Sequence record: NC_048077.1
Direction: 5' to 3' (one strand)
DNA: 64,000 bases
Shown: in pieces, positions 29,699 through 39,894 of the stretch
Layout of the letters: every line of letters starts with the position of its first letter
Numbering within the stretch: the first letter of the stretch is position 1
Notes under the pieces: generated by a model
Databases searched by the model: none
What the model was told of the DNA's origin: nothing
What the model saw: only the letters and a program-made list of their open reading frames with translations
Position numbers and translations under genes: made by a program

Positions 29699-29839
29699 AT
29701 GACTGACAAAGAAGAACAGCCTTATTCTCGCTGCACTGATTGCGGTGAAGATCTTGAAGAAGGCGAAGTGTATGGTGAGTGGGATGATTTATGCGAGTCC
29801 TGCTTTTATCAACGCGAACGTGAAGGAAGGGGATCGTAA
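29699..29839 (+). CDS. small zinc-finger-like protein (46 aa)
   Basis: Own translation MTDKEEQPYSRCTDCGEDLEEGEVYGEWDDLCESCFYQREREGRGS; CxxC..CxxC; SD GGAG. Confidence 0.6.
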   Translation: MTDKEEQPYSRCTDCGEDLEEGEVYGEWDDLCESCFYQREREGRGS

Positions 29840-30273
29840 TGTATCATAGCGCTCTCGATCAGGAGGAACCAATCTCTCCTGTTCAGTTTGAAGAAATAAA
29901 GAAAGACCAAAAGAAACAGCAACGCAATTTTATTCGCAATGCAATCAAGCGCATCAATTTATGCTTGGTTGAAATTGCAGGCGGCGAAACTCCTACGCCG
30001 TTCTACGGACGGCATCGCGGTAGTGGTGGCGATTACATGAAACAGTATCAAGAATACTGCGAATGGCTCGAAGGTGAATACGCCCAAAAAGAATTGGATC
30101 TGGTTCCCGGTTTAATTCATTTGGAATTGTGCCACTGCGATTGTGTAGATCCTCCTGCGCTGTACAAAGAACTTCGTGATCGTCTTATCGCTTCCGGTTG
30201 GGGCGAAAGCACGCGAGTGCATAAACGTGCTGGCCCAGAAAATATGGTTTGGGTTAGTCTGGACGAAATCTAA
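29839..30273 (+). CDS. hypothetical protein
   Basis: TAATG coupling. Confidence 0.7.
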   Translation: MYHSALDQEEPISPVQFEEIKKDQKKQQRNFIRNAIKRINLCLVEIAGGETPTPFYGRHRGSGGDYMKQYQEYCEWLEGEYAQKELDLVPGLIHLELCHCDCVDPPALYKELRDRLIASGWGESTRVHKRAGPENMVWVSLDEI

Positions 30274-30291
30274 AAGCAGAAGAGGAAAAAA

Positions 30292-30741
30292 ATGATCCCA
30301 AATCATTTCAAACTAAAAACGATTGGCTGTGACACAATCACTCCAATCGTTCTGCGCGAACTCCATTTGCAGATGGAGAAAAATGTTAAAGTCGATCTTG
30401 CTGAGGCGTTCACTCTGCTGATGGAAGCGCAAGCGTTGTACATTGATTTGCGCCAGCAAGAATCGGGTCAGTCTGCTGATTACTATTATGCTGAGATCGG
30501 CAGAGGCATCGAAAACCTTCTCATTAAATATTCGCTTGAGTGGGTACTTGATCCAAACAAACTGGAAGAGTACGTTCTGAAATTTATTACTGAACGTAAC
30601 TTCAAAAAAGTAACGGATACCGTTTACGAAAACACTTGTCCGGATGCGCAGTATTCTTTTTATGAGGCGCGAATCTTCTCTGCAATCTTCACTGACAGTT
30701 TTGCAGCAAGTGATTTCGGAAGTATCATTGTAGAACATTGA
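30292..30741 (+). CDS. hypothetical protein
   Basis: SD GAGGA. Confidence 0.75.
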   Translation: MIPNHFKLKTIGCDTITPIVLRELHLQMEKNVKVDLAEAFTLLMEAQALYIDLRQQESGQSADYYYAEIGRGIENLLIKYSLEWVLDPNKLEEYVLKFITERNFKKVTDTVYENTCPDAQYSFYEARIFSAIFTDSFAASDFGSIIVEH

Positions 30742-30749
30742 GGTAGTAG

Positions 30750-31712
30750 ATGCGCGTAGGGTTCGCTTGTAAATATATGGGGAAAGACGGCAAACAGCCT
30801 TTCCCGTCTCGCACTGTCACGGCTTCTCGTTTATCGCTTTTGCAGCGCGACGAGCAAATCGAAAAACTGATTGAGATTGGCTTACACAATATTCGTTCCG
30901 TTCATGCAATGGCACGTATGTTAGCGATACGATCTGAAATGAAACGCATGATGCGAATCACAAGCGAACTCCTACCGCTTTTTACTCACAAAGATTTCAG
31001 TGCTATTAGTCGCAAGTATGTTTTGCCTGCGGTTGAAAAGCCTTTGCGTGAGTTAGGTGACTTTGCTCGACTGCATCGCATTAGACTTTCATTTCATCCG
31101 GGTCAGTTTACCGTGCTTGCTAGTGATAGGCCGGAAGTCGTAGAAAACTCCATTCGCGATCTTGAGTATCACACTCTGATTGCTTCGCTCATGGGTTACG
31201 GCAAAAAATTTCAAGATTTCAAAATCAACATTCACCTGAGCGGCAAACTTGGCGCAGACGGATTCAGAAAGAATTTTAAAAGACTTTCTCCTGAGTGCCG
31301 CCGCATGTTGACAGTTGAGAATGACGAGCTTACAAGCCATGTTGAGGACTGCTTACGTCTCTCTGATCTTTGCCCGGTGGTGTTAGACATTCATCACCAT
31401 TGGGTTATGACGAACGAATACATTCAACCAAATGATCCACGCGTGCAACTGGTTATCGAAAGCTGGCGCGGCGTTCGTCCTACTATGCACTATTCTGTTT
31501 CACGTCCTGAATTCGTTCCTTCTGATGTTTTTCCGGATCAGAACAAACTATCTGTTCCAAAAACTAAGTTGCGTGCGCATTCAGATTATTTTCACAATCA
31601 ACTTGTAAACGCGTGGGCGCTGTCCTTCGACTCGTTCGATATTATGTGCGAGTCGAAAGCTAAAAACCTAGCGGTAGTTGATTTGTTGCAGAGGCAAAAA
31701 GTATGTCCTTAG
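30750..31712 (+). CDS. uvsE: UV DNA damage endonuclease (UvsE/UVDE)
   Basis: GFACK, RITSELLP, LSFHPGQFTVLAS, NIHLSG, LTVENDE, VLDIHHH, HYS, AHSDY, DIMCESKAKNLA. Confidence 0.93.
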   Translation: MRVGFACKYMGKDGKQPFPSRTVTASRLSLLQRDEQIEKLIEIGLHNIRSVHAMARMLAIRSEMKRMMRITSELLPLFTHKDFSAISRKYVLPAVEKPLRELGDFARLHRIRLSFHPGQFTVLASDRPEVVENSIRDLEYHTLIASLMGYGKKFQDFKINIHLSGKLGADGFRKNFKRLSPECRRMLTVENDELTSHVEDCLRLSDLCPVVLDIHHHWVMTNEYIQPNDPRVQLVIESWRGVRPTMHYSVSRPEFVPSDVFPDQNKLSVPKTKLRAHSDYFHNQLVNAWALSFDSFDIMCESKAKNLAVVDLLQRQKVCP

Positions 31713-31800
31713 AGAAGTTTATTCGTACCGTTCGTTTTCGTTTCAACAACTGGCGTATGCGTCGCCTGCATAAGCAGTGCGATAAGCTAATGACTAAAAA

Positions 31801-32622
31801 GTGAGGCTTACCGTGAAAAACTATGCGACTCTTTCTGAGTTAGTATCTGGCGTTCGATTCGCTCTTGTGGTGGAACGTATGAACGTCTCTGAACTTAATC
31901 CGGACTTTGCGAACGAGCTTGAAAAAGCAGAGGCCAGCGCTCATCCAAAAGAATTGCAGAACTACGCAATCGCTGCTCTGCAAAACTGTAAATTCTCCGT
32001 AACCAAAACTGTTCTGAATCAGGTTAGCAGTATGGCGGCAGAACATCCATTGTTTGATCGTCCGTTTGAAATCATTTCTGACGCCGACATTAAACAGTTT
32101 CTGATTTCTCTCCCTAGTGAGAAATTGGTTACTGCGTGCCGCGCCTGTAATGTTCTGGTAGACCACGGACACCTTCGCGATAGCGCGGAAGAGTTAGCCC
32201 GTCTCTCTTCGATTCGTCTGCTTACCTTCATGCCGTCTGCTGAGTTGTCAGAAGTGGAATCTTTGAACCGTCTGGAACTCTTTGCATTCGCTGTCGAACA
32301 TTTTGTGTGGGTTCGCCACGTTCAGAAGATCGATGACTTTTTGAAAACAGCGCTGAGTGAAAAACAGCGTGATGATCTTATGGCAAGTCTCGGCGTCGAT
32401 ATTACCGACGAAGATTATGAAACAGATATCGACGAAAACATATCTGCGGAACTCGTCGCAACCGGACTCGACGTATTGCAAGACGATGCTGATTGGGTCG
32501 ATTGGTCAAGCTGGACTCCAGAAGATCCGACGCTCGATGTTTTCGAAGCGCTCAAATACTCGTATGAAAAACTTACGCCCGAAACCGCAAAGTCTGCGCG
32601 TGATGCGTTAAAGGATAACTAA
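31801..32622 (+). CDS. acidic helical protein with repeated short helical modules
   Basis: 273 aa; start uncertain; acidic; helix-loop-helix-like repeats. Confidence 0.7.
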   Translation: MRLTVKNYATLSELVSGVRFALVVERMNVSELNPDFANELEKAEASAHPKELQNYAIAALQNCKFSVTKTVLNQVSSMAAEHPLFDRPFEIISDADIKQFLISLPSEKLVTACRACNVLVDHGHLRDSAEELARLSSIRLLTFMPSAELSEVESLNRLELFAFAVEHFVWVRHVQKIDDFLKTALSEKQRDDLMASLGVDITDEDYETDIDENISAELVATGLDVLQDDADWVDWSSWTPEDPTLDVFEALKYSYEKLTPETAKSARDALKDN

Positions 32623-32629
32623 GGCAACT

Positions 32630-33241
32630 ATGATGAAACAGATCACTTCCGAAGCAGTAATTGGTCGTTTGCTTAATGAGGGTGAATGGTGGTACGCGCT
32701 GGCTTTGTTCTCGGACAAAGATCTGATGGCGCTGTTGCAGTCAATGGGAATTGAAAACGTAGCCAATCAACCGCGAACTAAAATCGTTCTGGTGCTTTCG
32801 CAGCGTCTTTCAGAGAGCGGTAAATACATTGATTTGATCCGCGATTACTTCAATCAGAATTTCCTTGTGCCGTTTGAAATCCCTACGCACAAATCTGAAT
32901 TGTGGTTTAACTTCGGCGACTGCGAAGCGATGGTATCTCAACGGCTGATTAACAGCGAATACGATATCAATATCGATCCGCAAATTCACAAAGATTTTGT
33001 TCTCGACGCGCTCACCATTGAGCAACTTCGCGAAGTGTATAACATCAACAACATCGCTGATGAAGACTTCAAAGATAAAGATCGTGAATGGCTGATTGAG
33101 CAAATCAACCAAATTGATTTTGTCGAAGAGTACGATAACTTCCTGCGTGACTCCGGCGAACTGTCTCACATCAAAACTGAACACGGTGCAATCATTGAAT
33201 TCTTGTTCGGTTCCGCAATCGTAGAAGAGGATGAAGAATAA
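32630..33241 (+). CDS. acidic protein with two HeH-like modules
   Basis: FSDKDLMALLQSMGI...PRTKIVLVL and LTIEQLREVY...DREWLIEQI. Confidence 0.7.
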   Translation: MMKQITSEAVIGRLLNEGEWWYALALFSDKDLMALLQSMGIENVANQPRTKIVLVLSQRLSESGKYIDLIRDYFNQNFLVPFEIPTHKSELWFNFGDCEAMVSQRLINSEYDINIDPQIHKDFVLDALTIEQLREVYNINNIADEDFKDKDREWLIEQINQIDFVEEYDNFLRDSGELSHIKTEHGAIIEFLFGSAIVEEDEE

Positions 33242-35191
33242 ATGTTAGACTTCAATTTGCAGCTTCCGAAAACTGGTGCGCAGCGTCAAAACGCAATCAA
33301 ACAAATTGCGACGCTGTTTGGTTCCCTGATTTCTTCGGAAACAAGTCTGGTGGAAGATCAGACTCCGGAACAAACCGTTCACGCTTTCATGAAAAAGCAA
33401 TTGCGTGTGCCGGAATATCCGATGTTCTTAGCCGTCATTTTTGATGATGGTGAAATTCCGGAAGAGTTTGCAGAATACAATATCGTAACGCTGCAAAATG
33501 TTTTGGATGATGCCACTTCCGGACGGATGCTTGAGTTGAATGATCTGTTCGCGCTGGAGAGCGATGAGTCAATGATTAAATTGGCTCGCGCAATTGGCAT
33601 TAAAAATCAGATGAGCGGCGTTACTTTCCGTATGGATATCCTGAAAAGGATTTACGAAAACCTGCAAACCTTCGAAAGATTGTATCCGACTACGGAAGCG
33701 TTATCCGAATTTTTTGGTGCGCGTTACGCTTTTGACCGTCAGGCCGGATCTATTCGCTGGCAGCAACTCTCTACACGCTTGGATGCCTCGCGTATTATCG
33801 CAGAGAACCGTTCAATGTACGCTAAACTGAGCGGCATGTTCGGGCGCTGGTATAACGAGGCGGTGCAATATTTCGCTACTTCTATTTTGGAAGTGGAATC
33901 ATCAACAAGACCTCATATGCTTTCTTCGCGTGTAGCGCAAATGGGGCCGCAAAATATTCTGCGTAAACTTTTCGATCTCGGTCTGCTGTCTCGCGAAAAA
34001 TTCGAAGAGTTTATTAAATTCGAAAACATCGAATTCGATGCCGTGTTGAAAGCAATCGTGCAAGGTTGGTTCGATGCGTTCGACGGCAAAGAACAGGATA
34101 TCGTTTCCGTTGATAGCATGAGCAATGATGCTCGCACTATCATGGAACAGTTTGTCTCTGAATATCGTTGCGACGACGACGAAGACGACGAAGACGATTA
34201 CGACGAAGACGAAGAAGACGAAGAAGAGGATGAAGAAGAGGATGAAGACGACGAAGAGGATGATACGCCTCCCGTCAAAAAAGTCGCTCGTCGTAAAGTT
34301 CTGGATGATGAAGACGAAGACGAAGACGACGAAGACGACGACGAAGAAGAATCCGGCGCGGCTACGCAAAAAGAATTACTCGGACTCCTGAGCGAAGATA
34401 TCGACGTTAACGAGCATAGCCTTTCCTACTGGCTCAATGCGAAGACCGAAGATGTTCGACGTGCGCTGATCGATTCCGGAACTGCTGCGGCTCATATCGT
34501 AAAAAGTATGCGCCATTATCAACTGCTGGAAGTTATGTCAGAAGAAGCGGATTTGTGCATGGATGAAGTTTTCTCGTATTCCGATATCGCAAGCGCTGCA
34601 TACAAAAACTGGATGGAGAACTGGCGTAGTCGTTTCGAAACTTCCGGCTATAAACTGAAAGTTCTTTCTACCGTTGTTCGCGAACTGGTTTCCGGAATGG
34701 AACTTGCCGACTACACAACGGAAGAAATGGAGAATCAGATCGAGTCTTACATTGAGTGCATCGAATCTGTTAGTGGTCTGTATACGTTTGCCGATAAGTT
34801 TATCGCTGCGGTAGACAAATACAAAATGCAGTCAGGGTTCAATATCGATCCGGTTTCTAACGCACCTTATCCGGCTCCTGCGTCAGAGCAACACCGCAAA
34901 CTGATGGTAGATGCGGTCGCCTCTAAAGTTGTCGATCCGTACCGCGCACGTAACATGAGCGAATCTGAACTCCGCGCTGCAATGGCAGAAGCGGAAGCGA
35001 TGAAAGAAGAAACTCCGGTTGCGAAAGTAACTAACGAAAACTTTCGTGAAGTGATTCCTACTCTTTCGCGTCAGAGTCTGATCGCAGAACTGGCGGCGCG
35101 TGGCTATAGCGATAACAGCCTGCGTAAACTCGGTGCTCCGCGCCTAGCAGAAATGTTCTTGAATGCTATGGAACGTCTCGTTAATAAATAA
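33242..35191 (+). CDS. large acidic protein with poly-D/E tracts and HeH-like modules
   Basis: 649 aa; DDDEDDEDDYDEDEEDEEE tracts; C-terminal LSRQSLIAELAARGY..LRKLGAPRLAEMFL. Confidence 0.8.
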   Translation: MLDFNLQLPKTGAQRQNAIKQIATLFGSLISSETSLVEDQTPEQTVHAFMKKQLRVPEYPMFLAVIFDDGEIPEEFAEYNIVTLQNVLDDATSGRMLELNDLFALESDESMIKLARAIGIKNQMSGVTFRMDILKRIYENLQTFERLYPTTEALSEFFGARYAFDRQAGSIRWQQLSTRLDASRIIAENRSMYAKLSGMFGRWYNEAVQYFATSILEVESSTRPHMLSSRVAQMGPQNILRKLFDLGLLSREKFEEFIKFENIEFDAVLKAIVQGWFDAFDGKEQDIVSVDSMSNDARTIMEQFVSEYRCDDDEDDEDDYDEDEEDEEEDEEEDEDDEEDDTPPVKKVARRKVLDDEDEDEDDEDDDEEESGAATQKELLGLLSEDIDVNEHSLSYWLNAKTEDVRRALIDSGTAAAHIVKSMRHYQLLEVMSEEADLCMDEVFSYSDIASAAYKNWMENWRSRFETSGYKLKVLSTVVRELVSGMELADYTTEEMENQIESYIECIESVSGLYTFADKFIAAVDKYKMQSGFNIDPVSNAPYPAPASEQHRKLMVDAVASKVVDPYRARNMSESELRAAMAEAEAMKEETPVAKVTNENFREVIPTLSRQSLIAELAARGYSDNSLRKLGAPRLAEMFLNAMERLVNK

Positions 35192-35198
35192 ATCCAGA

Positions 35199-35229
35199 GT
35201 TGGCCTGTTCATTCAGGCCACTTTTATTT
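35199..35229 (+). terminator. intrinsic terminator
   Basis: TGGCCTG-TTCATT-CAGGCCA then CTTTTTATT. Confidence 0.65.
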
Positions 35230-35243
35230 AAAAGGCAAATTTT

Positions 35244-35903
35244 ATGGAAGCGCAAATTTTAGAACTGGCGTCATTCACGGATAACGAGATTGACGCACTG
35301 CATAATGTTCTTAGCGATCAAGAAGCGAAGACTCGCGAAGAGAAGATTAAGTTTCTTCTCTCCTATCAAAAATCCTCCCCGACGATTAAATCGTTTCGTC
35401 CGTTCCTTGAGAATGGAATCAAACCTGCGAAACCGAAACCTGAAAAGGATTTGCCTGATCCGAAAATAATTCGAATGTACACGCGTCATAATAATCCAAC
35501 GCCTTTTATTTTATATCTGGCGAGTTATGGATTGAGCGCAGATTTTATTGCAAGTGCAATCGTCGAACATTTCGAAGAAGGGCGTTTTGATTTTCCGTCG
35601 CAGATTCAAGTTGAGCAAATCATCGCCTCCGGAAAATACGAATTGGAACCTGTTGCATATCATATGCAGTATGTTCGAATCTGCGAAGTTGCACGCCGAT
35701 TCAGATTCAGCGGATACAATCTTTTCTATTCTCCGCTCTATTTCGATGGGTATCATGAATCACAAGGCGGTTGGGGAATGACGCTTTCAGAGAAGGATTC
35801 CCAAAAGTTCGGTTATGCCATGCTAGGCGGCGATACGGTGCATTGCATTATTGACACCATAACGCATACTGCCCGATTCGACACTAATAAACTCCGCAAA
35901 TAA
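35244..35903 (+). CDS. hypothetical protein
   Basis: 219 aa; N-terminal LASFTDNEIDALH..KTREEKIKFLL. Confidence 0.7.
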   Translation: MEAQILELASFTDNEIDALHNVLSDQEAKTREEKIKFLLSYQKSSPTIKSFRPFLENGIKPAKPKPEKDLPDPKIIRMYTRHNNPTPFILYLASYGLSADFIASAIVEHFEEGRFDFPSQIQVEQIIASGKYELEPVAYHMQYVRICEVARRFRFSGYNLFYSPLYFDGYHESQGGWGMTLSEKDSQKFGYAMLGGDTVHCIIDTITHTARFDTNKLRK

Positions 35904-35948
35904 GTGTCCAAAATTTCGGTAGAAATCTGGCTTAAATTTGGCTAAACT
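35891..35948 (+). promoter_or_regulatory. class-I phage promoter
   Basis: ACTCCGCAAA..TGTCCAAAAT 35905-35914, 28 nt, TAAACT 35943-35948. Confidence 0.75.
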
Positions 35949-36038
35949 TTTGAGACGGGCAGGCAATACCGCTTGTCCGTTGGGAAGCGGCATAGGCGTC
36001 TTTCCAAAGTAGGTGGTAACTTTAGAAAGGAGTCTTAC

Positions 36039-36218
36039 ATGGCAATCGCGAATCGGGTAGATCCCATTCAGGCTGTTCGTTATTACGAATCAAATCAGGA
36101 AACCGAATCGGCGAAACGTCGCGCCGAATTAAATCAGAGTCACGCAAGTTCAGTCTCATGCAAAGTTTCTTTTTCCGATCTTTATCTCAACGCAATTGAT
36201 AAACGTAAAGGGGAATAA
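36039..36218 (+). CDS. small hypothetical protein
   Basis: ATG 36039 with SD AAGGAG. Confidence 0.65.
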   Translation: MAIANRVDPIQAVRYYESNQETESAKRRAELNQSHASSVSCKVSFSDLYLNAIDKRKGE

Positions 36219-36221
36219 GTC

Positions 36222-36470
36222 ATGCCACATTTTTCTGTTGTTAACGCTCACGTAGAATATGTTGGCGTGGGCTATTCTGGCCCGTTCATGCGTCAGATTG
36301 GACGGCCTAACGAAATTGCATCATACCCAACTTGTGAAGAAGCAATTCGAGTCGCGTGTGAATTGAAAACCGCAAGCGGCGATCAAACGGATTGGAAAGT
36401 AGTAAATGAATTTTCAGAACGTGTCATGTATGACACAACCAAACAACCCACGGAAAACTTAACGGAGTAG
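36222..36470 (+). CDS. hypothetical protein
   Basis: SD AAGGGG. Confidence 0.7.
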   Translation: MPHFSVVNAHVEYVGVGYSGPFMRQIGRPNEIASYPTCEEAIRVACELKTASGDQTDWKVVNEFSERVMYDTTKQPTENLTE

Positions 36471-36473
36471 TAA

Positions 36474-36932
36474 ATGAAAATTTCTAGCATTGTGTTATCA
36501 GCAATTCTGTTTGCAACGGTACAGCAATCTTATGCTAGTGAGTCTCTTCCCAAAATCTTTACTCAGGATCTAGCATTGACGAAATCTGTTGATGCTCGCT
36601 GTCAGAAAACTTATGCAGGTTTTGAGTTTCTGCAAGGCGCTGATTTAGATTTTGGCGTTAGTTCTTCTCGGTATGAAACTCGCCCTATGTGGCCTCTGAT
36701 TTGCTCGTTGTCTGAAAAGGCAGCCTCGACCAAAATCACTAAAGAGTCATATGGGGTGCGTGTTGTTTACGTGTTGGAAAACGGAAGCACGAATGAATAT
36801 GATTTCGTGAACACGATTGAAAACGCTTTTGAAGTTGCTGCATTCAACGGCAACATGATGGACAACTATAAATCGCAGAATGCTTTGCTTGACGTAATGA
36901 CTGTTCTGTATAAAGAAGTGATGGAGAAATAA
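36474..36932 (+). CDS. putative exported protein
   Basis: Signal-peptide-like MKISSIVLSAILFATVQQSYA. Confidence 0.7.
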   Translation: MKISSIVLSAILFATVQQSYASESLPKIFTQDLALTKSVDARCQKTYAGFEFLQGADLDFGVSSSRYETRPMWPLICSLSEKAASTKITKESYGVRVVYVLENGSTNEYDFVNTIENAFEVAAFNGNMMDNYKSQNALLDVMTVLYKEVMEK

Positions 36933-36934
36933 TT

Positions 36935-37231
36935 GTGGCAAAGATGAACCGTAAGAAAGCACTGGATGCAATGGTTAAAGCCCACAACGAAGTACAGTCA
37001 AATACTCTCGTTCGTTTTCAAGCCGAAGGCATGGAAAGTTCTGCGTTGTTCCCACATCGGGAAGAAATCATAAATAAGATTATGCGCGGCGTTGATCCTG
37101 CTGTTGCGATTGACGATGCGATTGGCGCTGCAATTCGTTTGCACCGCATTAGCCTCACCTCAAATACAAAGGTTCCTTCCTTCCGCGATTTGATGGATGC
37201 CGAAGACCTCGAACTTTTAAAATCCTTATAA
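36935..37231 (+). CDS. hypothetical protein
   Basis: SD GGAG, GTG start. Confidence 0.65.
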   Translation: MAKMNRKKALDAMVKAHNEVQSNTLVRFQAEGMESSALFPHREEIINKIMRGVDPAVAIDDAIGAAIRLHRISLTSNTKVPSFRDLMDAEDLELLKSL

Positions 37232-37243
37232 GGTAAAACGAAA

Positions 37244-37537
37244 ATGAGTTATCAAGCAACTGATACTGCACCTCGTAAACTGGAACTGAATAAATCCTCA
37301 CTCCAGTCTTTGACGCTTTATGCCCACGGTCTGATTAGTTTGTCCGATCTTATCCATCTGCTCGGTGGGGAAAAAATAACTATCTCGCATGTGAGTACAA
37401 CTTTCACTAGCGACTGTATCACGATCTCGAACGGTATTAAGCAGACTGATCTTTTCTTCCATTTGGCGAGACTGTCCGGCGAAGAAGATGAGCGCGGCTT
37501 CCCAATCAACGACGAAACTTGTGTCGTCAATCTGTAA
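37244..37537 (+). CDS. hypothetical protein
   Basis: SD AAGGT. Confidence 0.7.
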   Translation: MSYQATDTAPRKLELNKSSLQSLTLYAHGLISLSDLIHLLGGEKITISHVSTTFTSDCITISNGIKQTDLFFHLARLSGEEDERGFPINDETCVVNL

Positions 37538-37540
37538 ACA
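37529..37540 (+). promoter_or_regulatory. AAWCTGTAAA motif
   Basis: AATCTGTAAACA overlapping stop codon, upstream of dUTPase gene run. Confidence 0.45.
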
Positions 37541-37591
37541 AAATATAGGCGTGGCATAGGCTGCGCCTTTCTACGTTATGGGGAATTATTT

Positions 37592-38035
37592 ATGGGCGTT
37601 GTTTCTACTGTAGGCTACGACTTCTTTCCGAAACAAAATGAAGAAGCGCTGAACTCTCGCGTTGAGTTTAAAATCCAGTTGGCTGATAGCAAAACCGTAA
37701 CTCTGCGCGGTGTTGTTGTTCGCAGTGATGCAGAAATGCCTTTCCGTGAAATCGTTCGTCTTGATGACGATCTGTTTGACGATGGCACTACGCACTATTT
37801 CGATTCGCGCACCTTCAAAAACTATCCGGGTAATGACAGTTTCATGAAACCTGTTGAATCTGCCTTCTGTTTTGAAGGTAAAGAAATGGGCGTGTGCTAT
37901 CGTTACGACACGAAAAATACTGTACGTGGTAAAGTTATTTTCGACCGTGGCCCTTTAACTCTGATTCAGATTCTCGAAGGCGCAAACGAAAACAAAATCG
38001 TTCATGCTGGCGAATGCCAATACACGCAGATTTAA
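37592..38035 (+). CDS. hypothetical protein with internal duplication
   Basis: Two similar halves (TLRGVVVRSD..EIVRLDD / TVRGKVIFDRG..LIQILEG). Confidence 0.7.
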   Translation: MGVVSTVGYDFFPKQNEEALNSRVEFKIQLADSKTVTLRGVVVRSDAEMPFREIVRLDDDLFDDGTTHYFDSRTFKNYPGNDSFMKPVESAFCFEGKEMGVCYRYDTKNTVRGKVIFDRGPLTLIQILEGANENKIVHAGECQYTQI

Positions 38036-38037
38036 TC

Positions 38038-38328
38038 ATGAGAAAAATCTCGGCTAAATCTAAACGGAAGTCTGTTGAGAAAAATTCTCTTCAACTTTTG
38101 AAGGCAGGCAAAACGTTCTATGTGAGTATTTCTTCTGGCGACAAGAGCGAAGAAATCAAGATGACTAACGATTACAAATACGTTAAGACTTGCATGGTTG
38201 CTGTTGCCCATATCTCCGGCAATCCAGAAGTGCGCCTGCATTTAGGCCGCAACCTTATGGATGACACGCCGGATACCTACATCTTCGAAATCGAAATTTC
38301 GATCAAACGTAAAAAAGGAAAAAATTAA
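38038..38328 (+). CDS. basic hypothetical protein
   Basis: ATG 38038; TAATG coupling to dut. Confidence 0.6.
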   Translation: MRKISAKSKRKSVEKNSLQLLKAGKTFYVSISSGDKSEEIKMTNDYKYVKTCMVAVAHISGNPEVRLHLGRNLMDDTPDTYIFEIEISIKRKKGKN

Positions 38329-38894
38329 TGGAACAAGTATTCACTCCGGCTCTGGCAGAAATTCATTTCAACATTCTGCCTGATGAAAAGTACAAAGCAA
38401 ATTTCATCCCGCCGTCATATGGCACTCCGTTCAGTGCTGCACTAGATGTTTTTGCGCAGGAAGATTTTCATATCACGCACGAAACTCAACTTGTGCCGTT
38501 AGGTTTCCGCGCTGAATTCCCTACTGGTACGGCGTGCATTTTACTTCCGCGTTCTGGTTTCGGTGCGAAGTTCGGCGTTGCTTTGGCAAACACTCTCGGC
38601 CTGATCGATCCTGATTATCGTGGCCCGTGGATGGCGGCGGCATGGTTGAACGGAAGTGGTACGCGCGTTAAAGAAACGCAATTCCCGATCAATGAAGAAT
38701 TTGAACAGAACGGGCAGAAGTACGCACGCGACACTGGCGAAACTGGTCGCCGTCTTTTGATTCCTCGCGGCGAAGCATTCGCGCAATTGCTGTTTGTGAA
38801 AACCGAAAGACCGCTTCCTATGATTGTCTCAGAATTGTCTGAAACAGTGCGCGGTGAAGGCGGTTTCGGTAGTACCAATAAGATCGCCAAATAA
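38328..38894 (+). CDS. dut: trimeric dUTPase
   Basis: SAALDV, LPRSG, GLIDPDYRG, AFAQL, RGEGGFGST (all five motifs). Confidence 0.95.
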   Translation: MEQVFTPALAEIHFNILPDEKYKANFIPPSYGTPFSAALDVFAQEDFHITHETQLVPLGFRAEFPTGTACILLPRSGFGAKFGVALANTLGLIDPDYRGPWMAAAWLNGSGTRVKETQFPINEEFEQNGQKYARDTGETGRRLLIPRGEAFAQLLFVKTERPLPMIVSELSETVRGEGGFGSTNKIAK

Positions 38895-38903
38895 TTTTAC
38901 TGT

Positions 38904-39185
38904 ATGGGTCGCCACATGAGACGAGACACGCCGCTTAAAAACTTGCGTGCTGTTCTATTGTATCTGGCTCGCAATGAGTACGAGGCGAACGAGAAATTCT
39001 TTCGTCTGCATTGTGAAAAAGCATTGCGTAAAATGCGCAGTGAAAGATTCTTTCTAGGGCGCTTATATCTCTACAAGATTGGTCGATGGCAAATCCTTTG
39101 GATCGATCCATACAACTACGATTGTCTTGTACGTGATAGGAGGGGTATAGCAAAATATAAAAACCTTTACGGTCTGTTATTATGA
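38904..39185 (+). CDS. basic hypothetical protein
   Basis: 93 aa ORF. Confidence 0.55.
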   Translation: MGRHMRRDTPLKNLRAVLLYLARNEYEANEKFFRLHCEKALRKMRSERFFLGRLYLYKIGRWQILWIDPYNYDCLVRDRRGIAKYKNLYGLLL

Positions 39186-39223
39186 CGGCCTAGCGCAAAA
39201 CAACTAGGAGAAAATAAATTCCA

Positions 39224-39790
39224 ATGAACCTAAAACTTATTGAGGTGATCAAAAGAGGTTCCCTTGCCAGAATGTGCGCGGGACTGATCCTATCTCTAGC
39301 AATTCCTTTGACTGTAGATGCTTCCGTTTCATCTTCACAGCACATACAAGGAGAAAAACTTTTAAAGACTTCCGTTCAGAAAAAATCTGCTACGAAACGT
39401 CTGCAAAAGTTGTACGCACATTTACCGCAGCCAGAAGATCTCGGTGACGTGTTTGATAGCGCTGCTAAAAAACACGGAATTGATACAAGACTTTTGGTTT
39501 CGTTATGTGTAACTGAATCCCATCTTCGAAAGTCTGTCGTTAATCGCGGTGCAATTGGTATGTGTCAGGTTGTTCCTCGCTACCATTCCACAACGCGAAA
39601 AGAAATGATGAACTATCGCAAGAATGTGGATAAGGCAGCGGAAATCGTAGCCGACTTGAAAGCTACCTGTCGAAACAATGTTAGGTGCATCGTGCATTCT
39701 TACAACGTGGGCAAAACAGCTTACAAGAAAGGCGCTCGTTCTCCGCAGTATTACGCTAAGGTTATGAAGCAGTACCATCGAGACGTGTAA
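39224..39790 (+). CDS. soluble lytic transglycosylase (SLT domain) with N-terminal signal/anchor
   Basis: AAKKHGID..LL..L..TES (catalytic E), GAIGMCQV, NVDKAA, SYNVG, YYAKV. Confidence 0.85.
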   Translation: MNLKLIEVIKRGSLARMCAGLILSLAIPLTVDASVSSSQHIQGEKLLKTSVQKKSATKRLQKLYAHLPQPEDLGDVFDSAAKKHGIDTRLLVSLCVTESHLRKSVVNRGAIGMCQVVPRYHSTTRKEMMNYRKNVDKAAEIVADLKATCRNNVRCIVHSYNVGKTAYKKGARSPQYYAKVMKQYHRDV

Positions 39791-39794
39791 CACT

Positions 39795-39835
39795 AAGGGA
39801 ACCTGTAGGAATAACTTATAGGTTCCCTTTCGTTT
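39795..39835 (+). terminator. intrinsic terminator
   Basis: AAGGGAACCTGTAG...TTATAGGTTCCCTT then TCGTTT. Confidence 0.65.
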
Positions 39836-39836
39836 A

Positions 39837-39894
39837 TCTCTGCAAATTTGTGTCCAAAATAATGCTTGTTTCTGCCGCTTCGTTAGTTTAAGAT
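39837..39894 (+). promoter_or_regulatory. class-I phage promoter
   Basis: TCTCTGCAAA..TGTCCAAAAT 39851-39860, 28 nt, TAAGAT 39889-39894. Confidence 0.75.
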
